Part shown: one piece after another, positions 49,598-57,981 of the stretch
Layout of the letters: each line of letters opens with the position of its first letter
How positions within the stretch are numbered: position 1 is the first letter of the stretch
From: Fibrobacteria bacterium
GTDB lineage: Bacteria; Fibrobacterota; Fibrobacteria; UBA11236; JADFYW01
DNA length: 64,000 nt
Direction of reading: 5' to 3'
Assembly: GCA_050294405.1 (NCBI GenBank)
Contig: JBNKOC010000012.1
Span: 463,425-527,424, forward strand
Position numbers and translations under genes: made by a program
Notes under the pieces: generated by a model
The model's input: only the letters and a program-made list of their open reading frames with translations
Database searches by the model: none
What the model was told of the DNA's origin: nothing

Positions 49598-50626
49598 TTG
49601 AGTATTGGGAAAGTCTTTCAATTTTATATGCCCGACATCCATACAGTAACGCCTTCATTAAGTCTAAGAAAAAAAAAAGATTTTTCTCCGTTAACATTAG
49701 GGCATATTCATAAAGCTGTTGTGGGAGTCGGTATTGAGTGGGATTTCCACTGCATCCATTGCGCTTTGCTTGTTTGTAATAATAGGGGACAAGTAAGTAT
49801 TGAAGCATTGGAGCAACGACAGGGAGATTTTTCGAAGCCTGAAACATTGATTAAAAATATAAAAGACTGTAGGGAATCACTTCCAGAAAATGGCAATGAG
49901 CAATGGAGCTGTTCTGCCGAGGGAAAATACAGTTATGCATCTCAGGTTAAAATAACAGCTCATTCAAAATCGCAGGAAAAGGAACTCATACAAAAAGCTG
50001 TTCAAAATCAACTTCCCTTTGACATTGAATTAGCCTCGCTTGACTACCATAAGCTTGAAAATTTAACAACACAGGCTAACCAATCACATTACATTGTGGC
50101 TGCGATTGAAAATGGTCATTTAAACAATCTGATAAACATTTTGCAACGTTGTGGAGTTTCTCAATTTAAATTAGATACCAAAATGTTGAGTTTAGCGAAT
50201 AGCTTGTATTTACTGCCTGGAAGCATAGGTCAATCGAAATCTCAAATTGTATTGCATATAGGTTTAACGGAAGCCTTTATATTGTTTGAAAGTAACTACG
50301 CTCCTTTTTTTTACCATAGATTTTTGCTGAACACACCAAGTAATAAGCATAGTCCTGAACAACATTTGGAAAAGATGGAAATTATTGTTGAAGAAATAAA
50401 TAATTCAGTTCGGTTTTATCAAAAAGAAAACCCTGGAATCCTGTTGGAAAATATTTGGCTATCCGGTAAAAACAGCCATAATCCAACGTTTGTAAAGTCG
50501 CTTACTGAAAAAATATCCTTAAAAGTTCATTGTATGGATTTAATAGATGTGCTTGGGTTTAGCCTAAAAGAAGGAACTGGGGATTTTAATCTAGCGATTT
50601 CCCTTGCCATGCGGGGACTGGAATGA
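49598..50626 (+). CDS. PilM-like (actin/HSP70-fold) type IV pilus / T2SS-type assembly protein, divergent
   Basis: ~340 aa. N-terminal VVGVGIEWD resembles the PilM phosphate-1 motif. C-terminal block (ILLENIWLSGKNSH...FVKSLTEKISLKVHCMDL...DFNLAISLAMRGLE) resembles the PilM C-terminal subdomain. First gene of a pilMNOP-like array ending in a GspE-family ATPase. Confidence 0.4.
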   Translation: MSIGKVFQFYMPDIHTVTPSLSLRKKKDFSPLTLGHIHKAVVGVGIEWDFHCIHCALLVCNNRGQVSIEALEQRQGDFSKPETLIKNIKDCRESLPENGNEQWSCSAEGKYSYASQVKITAHSKSQEKELIQKAVQNQLPFDIELASLDYHKLENLTTQANQSHYIVAAIENGHLNNLINILQRCGVSQFKLDTKMLSLANSLYLLPGSIGQSKSQIVLHIGLTEAFILFESNYAPFFYHRFLLNTPSNKHSPEQHLEKMEIIVEEINNSVRFYQKENPGILLENIWLSGKNSHNPTFVKSLTEKISLKVHCMDLIDVLGFSLKEGTGDFNLAISLAMRGLE

Positions 50627-51162
50627 GTCCCTTTAAGTATCATATCAACTTAGCTCAGCCATCTAAACTGGATTCAAGGCCCATTGATAACAAAGATCAT
50701 ATTAGGTTTATTATCTCTTATTCCTGTTTGGTGCTGCTATGTATTCTAGCCGCATACATTTCCAGTAACTTTTATTCCGTTTGGAGTCTAAAGGAAAAAG
50801 AAAAAACACTATTGTTGAATCTGGACGATTATGCAGTTAGAAATGCCTCTGCAGATTTTAATCTTTCTTACCCTCTGTTAAAAAGCATCCATTACTCTCA
50901 GGTAAACAGAAGTTTTTTTCCCATTAACATTGTCCAATTAAGGGACTATTTTAAACAAGAAGTAGAAATTGAAAGCATCCAATTTAACCGGGATAGTTTG
51001 ATAATTAAAGGAGCGCCAAAAAGTTTTCCTTTGAATAAAGCTAAATTGGATGAAAAAGTGGCATCTATTTATAGCTGGAAAGCTTTCCGCTATAACTTCA
51101 ATTCTCTAAGCCTGCATATTTTAGACAATAGACAATTAAAGCTTATTGCACTTAAAAGCTGA
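50623..51162 (+). CDS. PilN-like bitopic inner-membrane protein
   Basis: 179 aa. One N-terminal TM helix (IRFIISYSCLVLLCILAAYISSNF) followed by a periplasmic domain. Overlaps pilM-like by 4 nt. Position second in the array. Confidence 0.4.
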   Translation: MSPFKYHINLAQPSKLDSRPIDNKDHIRFIISYSCLVLLCILAAYISSNFYSVWSLKEKEKTLLLNLDDYAVRNASADFNLSYPLLKSIHYSQVNRSFFPINIVQLRDYFKQEVEIESIQFNRDSLIIKGAPKSFPLNKAKLDEKVASIYSWKAFRYNFNSLSLHILDNRQLKLIALKS

Positions 51163-51167
51163 GTATT

Positions 51168-51725
51168 ATGTTTTTAAAACCAAATTTTTTATTAATCGCA
51201 ACGGCAAGCGTATTAATTATCTGGTTTGGGTTAGACTTCTTATATATTTCGCCAAGTAAACTGGAAATTCAAAATATTATTCAACAAAGGATCAAGCGCT
51301 CCGCTGAAATTGCAAATCAGAAAATCATAGATGGTAACTATCCCCATGTGCAAAATTTTTTGTCGGATAACATAGTGGATGGTTCAATTTTGGAATCGGA
51401 TAAATTGGATGCTTTGGCGGCAGATTTCTTTAATAGAATTTCAGAAAAGTCCGGCACAAAATTAGAGTCTATTCAATTGGAAGATTCTCATCTGGACCTA
51501 TTAAAAAAAACGGCATATTACAGTTTGAATTTTTATCCAACTTCAATGGAAAATATTGAAGTTTTGTTAAATCATCTTGCTCAGGATTTGAAAATCAACA
51601 ATTTGGAAGAACTAATCATTCGTTACTCCAAAACCCAGGGGCGTAAAAATTATTTTCAACTTCAACTAAAAATAAGTCTACCCTATTATTTAAATAATTT
51701 TGGATATGAACTCTCTGCACTATAA
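51168..51725 (+). CDS. PilO-like bitopic inner-membrane protein
   Basis: 185 aa. One N-terminal TM helix (FLLIATASVLIIWFGLDFLYI), then a coiled-coil-like region (QNIIQQRIKRSAEIANQKI). Position third in the array. Confidence 0.4.
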   Translation: MFLKPNFLLIATASVLIIWFGLDFLYISPSKLEIQNIIQQRIKRSAEIANQKIIDGNYPHVQNFLSDNIVDGSILESDKLDALAADFFNRISEKSGTKLESIQLEDSHLDLLKKTAYYSLNFYPTSMENIEVLLNHLAQDLKINNLEELIIRYSKTQGRKNYFQLQLKISLPYYLNNFGYELSAL

Positions 51726-52212
51726 AATTTTAATTGCCATAATTTTTTTGGCAGGCTGGGTGATATTCCGGGCCCATAAACATTCTGCAGATTACCAAAA
51801 AATAGATTCAGCATCTCTGGAAAGTGCTAATGGCTATGTAAATGTTTTTTTAAACCTTTGTAATGAACTGGAAATAACATTAAGCCAATGGGATAGTTAT
51901 CAACCGGATAAGTCAGCTCAGGAAGCAAAAAAAGGCAATTCTTTAATATTGGCCGACCCGTTAGTTCCCATTGGGAAGGTTATTTCTCAGCCAAATGATC
52001 CTTTAAGCTTAAAAAAAATAGGGTCGGACACGCTCAACAATTGGTATGCCATTTTCAAATACGGAAATCAATTTTATACGGTGGCAGCAGGCGATAATTT
52101 ATTGGGGCGAAATATTGTTAAAATCACAGAAGATAAAGTGTATCTTAGTTCTCAAATGACTCATTTTCTATACCACATAGATGGAAAAAAATTAATTAAG
52201 CGAAAGAATTAA
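51700..52212 (+). CDS. PilP-like / hypothetical small membrane-anchored protein
   Basis: 170 aa. N-terminal TM/signal anchor (ILIAIIFLAGWVIF). Fourth position of the pil-like array. Overlaps the PilO-like gene by 26 nt. No diagnostic motif. Confidence 0.3.
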   Translation: MDMNSLHYKILIAIIFLAGWVIFRAHKHSADYQKIDSASLESANGYVNVFLNLCNELEITLSQWDSYQPDKSAQEAKKGNSLILADPLVPIGKVISQPNDPLSLKKIGSDTLNNWYAIFKYGNQFYTVAAGDNLLGRNIVKITEDKVYLSSQMTHFLYHIDGKKLIKRKN

Positions 52213-52216
52213 AAAT

Positions 52217-54097
52217 ATGGACAGTTCTTCTAATCAGAATAAGAAAGTCATTTTTTATGCGCAGCGACCAGAAGCCTCGGCAAAGCTTCTGGATGTTTTG
52301 AACAAAGGACTCGGAAAACTAAATGTGGAATTTTCCTACCAAGCCTTTTCACAAATGAATGGTGAAAGTTGCAATCTTGCTATTTTATTGTTACCCCAAG
52401 AAGGTGATCTCGAAAATTTCAAAGAAATTTTGAAAAAGATACAAAGCGAGACACAAAGAACCTTAGCCATAGTAGATGCAAAGCGAAAGGCCATATTTGA
52501 GGATCAAATTAAAAGCACAAACGTAACCCAGGCCATATATTTTCCAGTAAATTCGGGAAGTCTGCTTAAAACCATATCCAGCCTGCTAACTCCGGATATT
52601 TTTAATAGGAATAATTTGCCTTATGATTTAATACGAAACATTGAGAGAAATGCAATAGATTTGATTCCAGCTTCTATGGCTCATTCTCATGTTTGCATCC
52701 CCATTAAAATATTAGACAACCATCTTCATGTTGCGGTCACAGATCCAGGGGATGTTAGGCTTCTTGATTTGCTGCGTGATAGAAGCAGTTATTTGATAAA
52801 AGCCCATGGAGTGGATTCTTCAACTATTTCTAAGGCGATTGAAATTTTTTATCCCTTGCCCGGTGATGATTCCGCTTCTATCAGCAAGCAATCACAAAGT
52901 TCCAATATTTCTTTTAAAGCCCCTCCAACTCCCCAGGCTCAGGAAACGGAAGGTATTGCCGGAATGTTCAATTCTATTGTAGCTCAAGCTATCAAGGAAA
53001 AAGCAAGTGATATCCATTTTGAAATTCAAACCACAGGACTTTCACTAAAATACAGAGTGGAAGGGGAACTTCGAAAAATTATCGCTCCACCATCCAGTAC
53101 ACATCGAAGCCTGGTGGAGCATATAAAAACTCTGGCTTCTTTAAATTTAATGGAAAAAAACCTTCCCCAAGAAGGGGCCTTTCAATTAAGAATATTGAAT
53201 ATGGATTTGCATTTGAGGGTATCCTGCGTTCCCACCATCCAATTTGAAAAAATAGTAGTTACTATCATTAAAAAGGAAGAGTTTAAATTAGATATAAATC
53301 ATTTGGGCTTTTCTTCGGAGTCCCTTTCCCTTATTCGGAAATATTTAAGCTCCCCCTATGGGTTAGTCATTGTGGCGAGCCCTATTCGTTCGGGGAAAAG
53401 CACCACCTTATATTCCATGGTGCAGGAAATAATATCCGAGGCCAAAAATATTGTTTCGGTTGAAAATGTTATTGAATTCCAATTGCCGGGCATGACTCAA
53501 TTTAAATTGGATCCAGATAAGGGGTTTACCGCTAAAATAGCTATGGAACATATTTCTTACCAGGACCCTGATGTTGTTCTCATTGATCCTATTCGGGATC
53601 ACGATACGGCGGATTCAGCAATTAAGTTTTCTCTCACGGGGCACCAAATTCTGGCTGGAATATCTGCTTCGGGAATTCTCCATAGTTTTTCCCAATTGAG
53701 AGACTTAAATGTCTCTTCATTAACATTGGGGTCGGCTTTGACTATGATCATCTTTCAAAGGTTAGTGAAAAAAATATGCCCCTATTGCAAGGAAACCCAT
53801 AGCATTTCAGAAGAGCTTTTGCCCCAATTGCCAAAAGAGCTTCAAGACAATCCTCTCTGCTTTATTGGAAAAGGCTGCGCGCGCTGCAACCAAACAGGAT
53901 ATTTAGGACAAACCGGAGTCTTTGAGGTGCTTCCCATTGGCAAAAACTTAAGGCAATTGCTTTATCAAAACCGGCCATTGGAAGAGTTTCAGGAGGTGCT
54001 GGACAACAGCCAATGGAGAGATGTTAAATCTATGGCATTCGATCTGGTCCAAAATGGTGTGACTACCATTGAACAAGCCATTTCCTTGCACGGTTAA
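52217..54097 (+). CDS. GspE/PilB/MshE-family secretion ATPase with an N-terminal extension
   Basis: GSPII_E_N-like region (LIPASMAHSHVCIPIKILDNHLHVAVTDPGDVRLLDLL). N2 domain (DIHFEIQTTGLSLKYRVEGELRKI). Walker A (VASPIRSGKSTTLYSMV). Tetracysteine Zn motif (CPYC...CARC). ~110 extra N-terminal residues of unknown nature. Confidence 0.8.
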   Translation: MDSSSNQNKKVIFYAQRPEASAKLLDVLNKGLGKLNVEFSYQAFSQMNGESCNLAILLLPQEGDLENFKEILKKIQSETQRTLAIVDAKRKAIFEDQIKSTNVTQAIYFPVNSGSLLKTISSLLTPDIFNRNNLPYDLIRNIERNAIDLIPASMAHSHVCIPIKILDNHLHVAVTDPGDVRLLDLLRDRSSYLIKAHGVDSSTISKAIEIFYPLPGDDSASISKQSQSSNISFKAPPTPQAQETEGIAGMFNSIVAQAIKEKASDIHFEIQTTGLSLKYRVEGELRKIIAPPSSTHRSLVEHIKTLASLNLMEKNLPQEGAFQLRILNMDLHLRVSCVPTIQFEKIVVTIIKKEEFKLDINHLGFSSESLSLIRKYLSSPYGLVIVASPIRSGKSTTLYSMVQEIISEAKNIVSVENVIEFQLPGMTQFKLDPDKGFTAKIAMEHISYQDPDVVLIDPIRDHDTADSAIKFSLTGHQILAGISASGILHSFSQLRDLNVSSLTLGSALTMIIFQRLVKKICPYCKETHSISEELLPQLPKELQDNPLCFIGKGCARCNQTGYLGQTGVFEVLPIGKNLRQLLYQNRPLEEFQEVLDNSQWRDVKSMAFDLVQNGVTTIEQAISLHG

Positions 54098-54116
54098 AGT
54101 TTATTAATTTAAACCC

Positions 54117-54887
54117 ATGGCCACTTTGCAATCCGAAGGCATTTTACTTCATAAAATGCCTTATTCGGAATCCTCAACCATAGCAAAAATCTACACCCGA
54201 GAATCTGGGTTGCTAAGTTTTATTGCCAAAGGGGCCATGAGACCCAAATCCAAAATGCGCGGGCAAATAGATTTTTTTCGTCTGCTGGAATGCACATACA
54301 ATCTTCGCAACGACAGCAGTTTAATTATTTTGCAGGATGTTACTGGTATCAAGCATTTTGAAAATATTCAAAAGGATTTAATTCGAAGTAGCTTGGCTAA
54401 TGTTATCCTGGAAATATATCTGCGATTTTTATATGGGCCTGAACCCTCTCAACCTTTATACGAGTTATTGGCCCATCAGCTTGATTTTATTGATTCAGTT
54501 GTCTTTCACGCTCCGAGCAGTTCGGGTTTGCTCTGTGATTTTATAATTCAATTTTGTTCTATTATGGGCTTTAAACCCCAGTTCAGCCAATGTGTTTTTT
54601 GTGAGGCCGCCTTACAGGATAGAGTCCTGTTTTTTTATCCTGAATTAGGAGGGGCGGGTTGCTTTCGCTGTTCAAATCAGCAAAATTATTCCTACATAAA
54701 GTATTCGCAAAAAATAATTAAATGGCTGGATTCCGTTCTAGTAAGTGGCGGTTTAAAAAATCTGGCCGCGAAAAGCACCATGGATGGGGGGGAATCTTTA
54801 TTGCTGGATTTTCTTAAAAGCCAATCCGGCCATAATAACTCTTTAAAATCTTATTCTTTTTACAAAAAAATGGTATTTGAGAACTAG
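54117..54887 (+). CDS. recO: DNA repair protein RecO
   Basis: N-terminal OB-fold region (ILLHKMPYSESSTIAKIYTRESGLLSFIAKGA). C-terminal zinc motif (CVFCE...CFRC). 256 aa. Confidence 0.8.
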   Translation: MATLQSEGILLHKMPYSESSTIAKIYTRESGLLSFIAKGAMRPKSKMRGQIDFFRLLECTYNLRNDSSLIILQDVTGIKHFENIQKDLIRSSLANVILEIYLRFLYGPEPSQPLYELLAHQLDFIDSVVFHAPSSSGLLCDFIIQFCSIMGFKPQFSQCVFCEAALQDRVLFFYPELGGAGCFRCSNQQNYSYIKYSQKIIKWLDSVLVSGGLKNLAAKSTMDGGESLLLDFLKSQSGHNNSLKSYSFYKKMVFEN

Positions 54888-54945
54888 TTGTCCGTCGGAT
54901 TTAGGCTTTGCACAGTTTTACAAAGTTACTATTTTATTCAACCTT

Positions 54946-55704
54946 ATGTTGAGCTCTTCCCATATAGCGAACCACCGGGGCAAGCCTTTAGTAATGGTAA
55001 CGGCATACGATGTATGTTTTGCAAGCATTGCCGAATCAGCCGGAGTGGATATTATCCTGGTGGGGGATTCCCTGGCTAATGTTATGCTTGGGAAAAATAG
55101 AACATCCGAATTAAAAACAGAGACCATGTTGCTGTTTGTGGAAGCCGTGGCAAACGGGGCGAAAGATACGCACATAGTGGCTGATATGCCTTATTTATCA
55201 TATAACACGGTGGATGATGCCCTGCGTAATGCGAAATCATATATGGAAGCCGGAGCCCATTCCGTAAAACTGGAAGGCTTAAAGCCTGAGATTATTGAAG
55301 CTTTAATTGGGGAAAACATCCCGGTTATGGGACATCTGGGTTTGCTTCCTCAAACCGCCACCAGCCTTAAGCAGGTGGGGGCGAACAATAAAAGCGCGGA
55401 ACAAATTTTTGAAGAAGCCAAGGCTTTGGAATCGCTGGGGACATATGCCATGGTTTTAGAGCATATGGATTTTCAACTGGGAAAAAAAATAACCCATTCT
55501 CTTAATATTCCTACCATCGGAATTGGGGCAGGGCCAGACACATCAGGGCAGGTTTTAGTCATGCACGACTTACTTGGCCTTAGGAAGAAAAAACTTCCCC
55601 CTTTTGCAAAAAAATTTGGAAATTTATTTGAAGCGGCACAGGAGGCTTTTATGAATTACGCCGCCGCAGTGCGGGAAGGATCTTTCCCAAAAGCCAACCA
55701 ATAA
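54946..55704 (+). CDS. panB: 3-methyl-2-oxobutanoate hydroxymethyltransferase (ketopantoate hydroxymethyltransferase)
   Basis: GKPLVMVTAYDVCFASIAESAGVDIILVGDSLANVMLG and downstream catalytic-Lys region. The six-frame ORF begins at 54877, but the Met at 54946 (MLSSSHIANHRGKPLV...) avoids overlap with recO and matches the PanB N-terminus. Confidence 0.85.
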   Translation: MLSSSHIANHRGKPLVMVTAYDVCFASIAESAGVDIILVGDSLANVMLGKNRTSELKTETMLLFVEAVANGAKDTHIVADMPYLSYNTVDDALRNAKSYMEAGAHSVKLEGLKPEIIEALIGENIPVMGHLGLLPQTATSLKQVGANNKSAEQIFEEAKALESLGTYAMVLEHMDFQLGKKITHSLNIPTIGIGAGPDTSGQVLVMHDLLGLRKKKLPPFAKKFGNLFEAAQEAFMNYAAAVREGSFPKANQ

Positions 55705-57202
55705 ACCAGAAACTGTTTAGGGCTGCAAAAAACAGGAGCAAGCCCCATTCCATAGGTGTTCCGATAATGTTGTATAGGGTTTTTCTGGTAGTGACATCAA
55801 TTTTTTTTCGCAATACCGTTTTTTCAAATAAGGATGTCTTTTCCAGAGTACGCCCCCGGTTGTCGTAAAAAACGCTAATACCAGCGTTGGAGCATCTTGC
55901 AATGGGTATGCCAGATTCAATGGCCCGGAATTTTGTAATGTTTGCATGCTGAAAAGGGGCGGGACTCCGGCCAAACCATCCGTCATTGGTAATGTTTATT
56001 AATAACTGGGCTCCCTTTTTAACAATCTGGCGGATGTATCCGGGATACACTACTTCGTAGCAAATGGAAGGGCTATATTTGAATTTTTCTCCCCATAAAA
56101 ATATTTCTGTGCCGGAGGAAAAATCTCCTTCGCCAAAATTCACATAGTTTAACAGAGGGAAAATATTATCGAAGGGAAGGCGCTCACTGAAGGGCACTAA
56201 ATAAAGCTTGTTGTATTGCTCTGCCCCTTTTAAACTGTCTTTGGAAAATAAAAAGGCGGCGTTGTAAAAAATATATGGCTTTGCAGGGTGGTTGTTAATT
56301 TTAAAATCTAAAGATCCAACAATTAAATCGCTGCGGTATTCCATAGCTCTTCTTTTAAATTCGGCATACACTTCGGGGCGTTGAGATAAAAAAGCGGGGA
56401 TAGCTGTTTCAGCCAATATAATGATGTCGCTATTTTTTAAATTAGCCTCATCCATTACTCCGTAAGTAGATTCCATCACCGATTGAAAATAACCTTCATC
56501 CCATTTTTTGGTTTGCTCGATGGAGGGCTGCACCAAGGAAATATCGGCGCTGGAATGAAATTCTCCCGAGGGCATAAGTTTTAATTCCACAACACCGTAA
56601 AGGAGCATTAATGCTGGAACTAAAACCAAAAATTTTAATGCTCCGTAATGTTTTTGATAAAGAAATACGGCTCCCAGGTAATTTGCCAAATAAATTAAGG
56701 CAGAGACGCCAAACACCCCTATAAGAGAAGAAATTTGAATAAAAGGCAAATAGTGTCCCAATGTATAGGCTAAGTGGCTCCAGGGAAAAGACATCTGGCC
56801 GGAGGTGCGAACCACCTCAAGGCCCGTGGCCAATAGGGTAAAAACCAGCCAGCCATAAGATTTTTTTTGCAGACGAACTGCCAGCCAGCCCAGGTATCCA
56901 TTAAAAAGCGAGAGCGCTACAACTAAAAGTAATACTCCAAGTAATATGACTACAGCCGGTCCAACCTTCATAACATTGTACAGCCAGAAGTACATGATGA
57001 TGTTATAGGCCAACCCGGCACTGAAATGATACCAAAAAGCTTTGCGAGGGCTAAGTGAAAAACTGGCCTGCCACATTATGGCGGGCAAAACAAAAATCAA
57101 GGGACCTAAGTTAAAAGGGGGGTAGCAAAAGGCCCAAAGCAAATGACAAAGCAAAATGGTTATAAAAGGACGGCCTCTGGTACTTGCTAAAAACGGTGGC
57201 AT
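55649..57202 (-). CDS. lnt: apolipoprotein N-acyltransferase
   Basis: ~7 N-terminal TM helices. C-terminal CN-hydrolase domain with the catalytic Cys context SICYEVVYPG and E/K residues (AILAETAIP; NITNDGWFG). 517 aa. Confidence 0.85.
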   Translation of the reverse strand: MPPFLASTRGRPFITILLCHLLWAFCYPPFNLGPLIFVLPAIMWQASFSLSPRKAFWYHFSAGLAYNIIMYFWLYNVMKVGPAVVILLGVLLLVVALSLFNGYLGWLAVRLQKKSYGWLVFTLLATGLEVVRTSGQMSFPWSHLAYTLGHYLPFIQISSLIGVFGVSALIYLANYLGAVFLYQKHYGALKFLVLVPALMLLYGVVELKLMPSGEFHSSADISLVQPSIEQTKKWDEGYFQSVMESTYGVMDEANLKNSDIIILAETAIPAFLSQRPEVYAEFKRRAMEYRSDLIVGSLDFKINNHPAKPYIFYNAAFLFSKDSLKGAEQYNKLYLVPFSERLPFDNIFPLLNYVNFGEGDFSSGTEIFLWGEKFKYSPSICYEVVYPGYIRQIVKKGAQLLINITNDGWFGRSPAPFQHANITKFRAIESGIPIARCSNAGISVFYDNRGRTLEKTSLFEKTVLRKKIDVTTRKTLYNIIGTPMEWGLLLFFAALNSFWFIGWLLGKILPALRRRNS

Positions 57203-57215
57203 AGATGTTTTTTAA

Positions 57216-57926
57216 TCATCCTTTATTTTGAGGATGGAATAGGAGCACAAATTCGCCCTTAGGATTTTTGTTTTGGTAAATGGCAATATGTTCCTGGACG
57301 GATTTTACAGATATTTCTTCAAATTTTTTAGTAAGCTCTCTAGCCAATGCCACAATGGTATGGGAGCCAAACACAGTTTCAATTTCATTTAAAAATTTTT
57401 TTAACTGCATAGTGCCGATATAGTAAACAATGGTGGGAGCCCATTTTACATCCTCGTGATACATCTCTTTGTATGCCTGAAGTTGGTTTAGTCTCGCTGC
57501 AGATTTTTTAGGCGGGAAATTGGCAAACAAAAAATGATCCGTAGGCAAGCCTGAGGCCACTAAAGCAGAAATGCCAGCTACTGGCCCTGGAATTGGATAA
57601 ACGGGGATGCCCTCTTGCCGGGCCATTCTCACCAGATAAAAGGCAGGGTCAGCAATGCCTGGAGTTCCTGCATCGCTAATCAGAGAGATTGTTTTTTTTT
57701 CTTTTAGCTCTGCTAATATGCCCGGACTTCTTTTTTCTTTGTTAAAATCGTTATAGGATTCGCATTCCACAGAAATTTGATAATGGTTTAAAAGCCATCT
57801 GGAGTGCCTGGTATCCTCGGCCAGGATTTTATCAGAGGCTTTTAAAGTTTCCACAGCCCTAAAAGTGATGTCTCCCAAATTTCCAATTGGGGTAGCTACA
57901 ATATATAATCCGGGTGTCAGGCTCAT
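57216..57926 (-). CDS. rsmI: 16S rRNA (cytidine1402-2'-O)-methyltransferase
   Basis: Tetrapyrrole-methylase-fold N-terminus LYIVATPIGNLGDITFRAVETLKASDKILAEDTRHS, typical of RsmI. 236 aa. Confidence 0.85.
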   Translation of the reverse strand: MSLTPGLYIVATPIGNLGDITFRAVETLKASDKILAEDTRHSRWLLNHYQISVECESYNDFNKEKRSPGILAELKEKKTISLISDAGTPGIADPAFYLVRMARQEGIPVYPIPGPVAGISALVASGLPTDHFLFANFPPKKSAARLNQLQAYKEMYHEDVKWAPTIVYYIGTMQLKKFLNEIETVFGSHTIVALARELTKKFEEISVKSVQEHIAIYQNKNPKGEFVLLFHPQNKG

Positions 57927-57981
57927 TTAATTTCCGGTTTTAAAAATAACCGCGAGCCGTAAATATTACAATAAAAGAAAG

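Noticed and set aside
54877-54945. N-terminal 23-codon extension of the panB ORF as given in the six-frame track
   Set aside because: The extension overlaps the 3' end of recO in another frame and is not part of the conserved PanB N-terminus. The Met at 54946 is the more plausible start.
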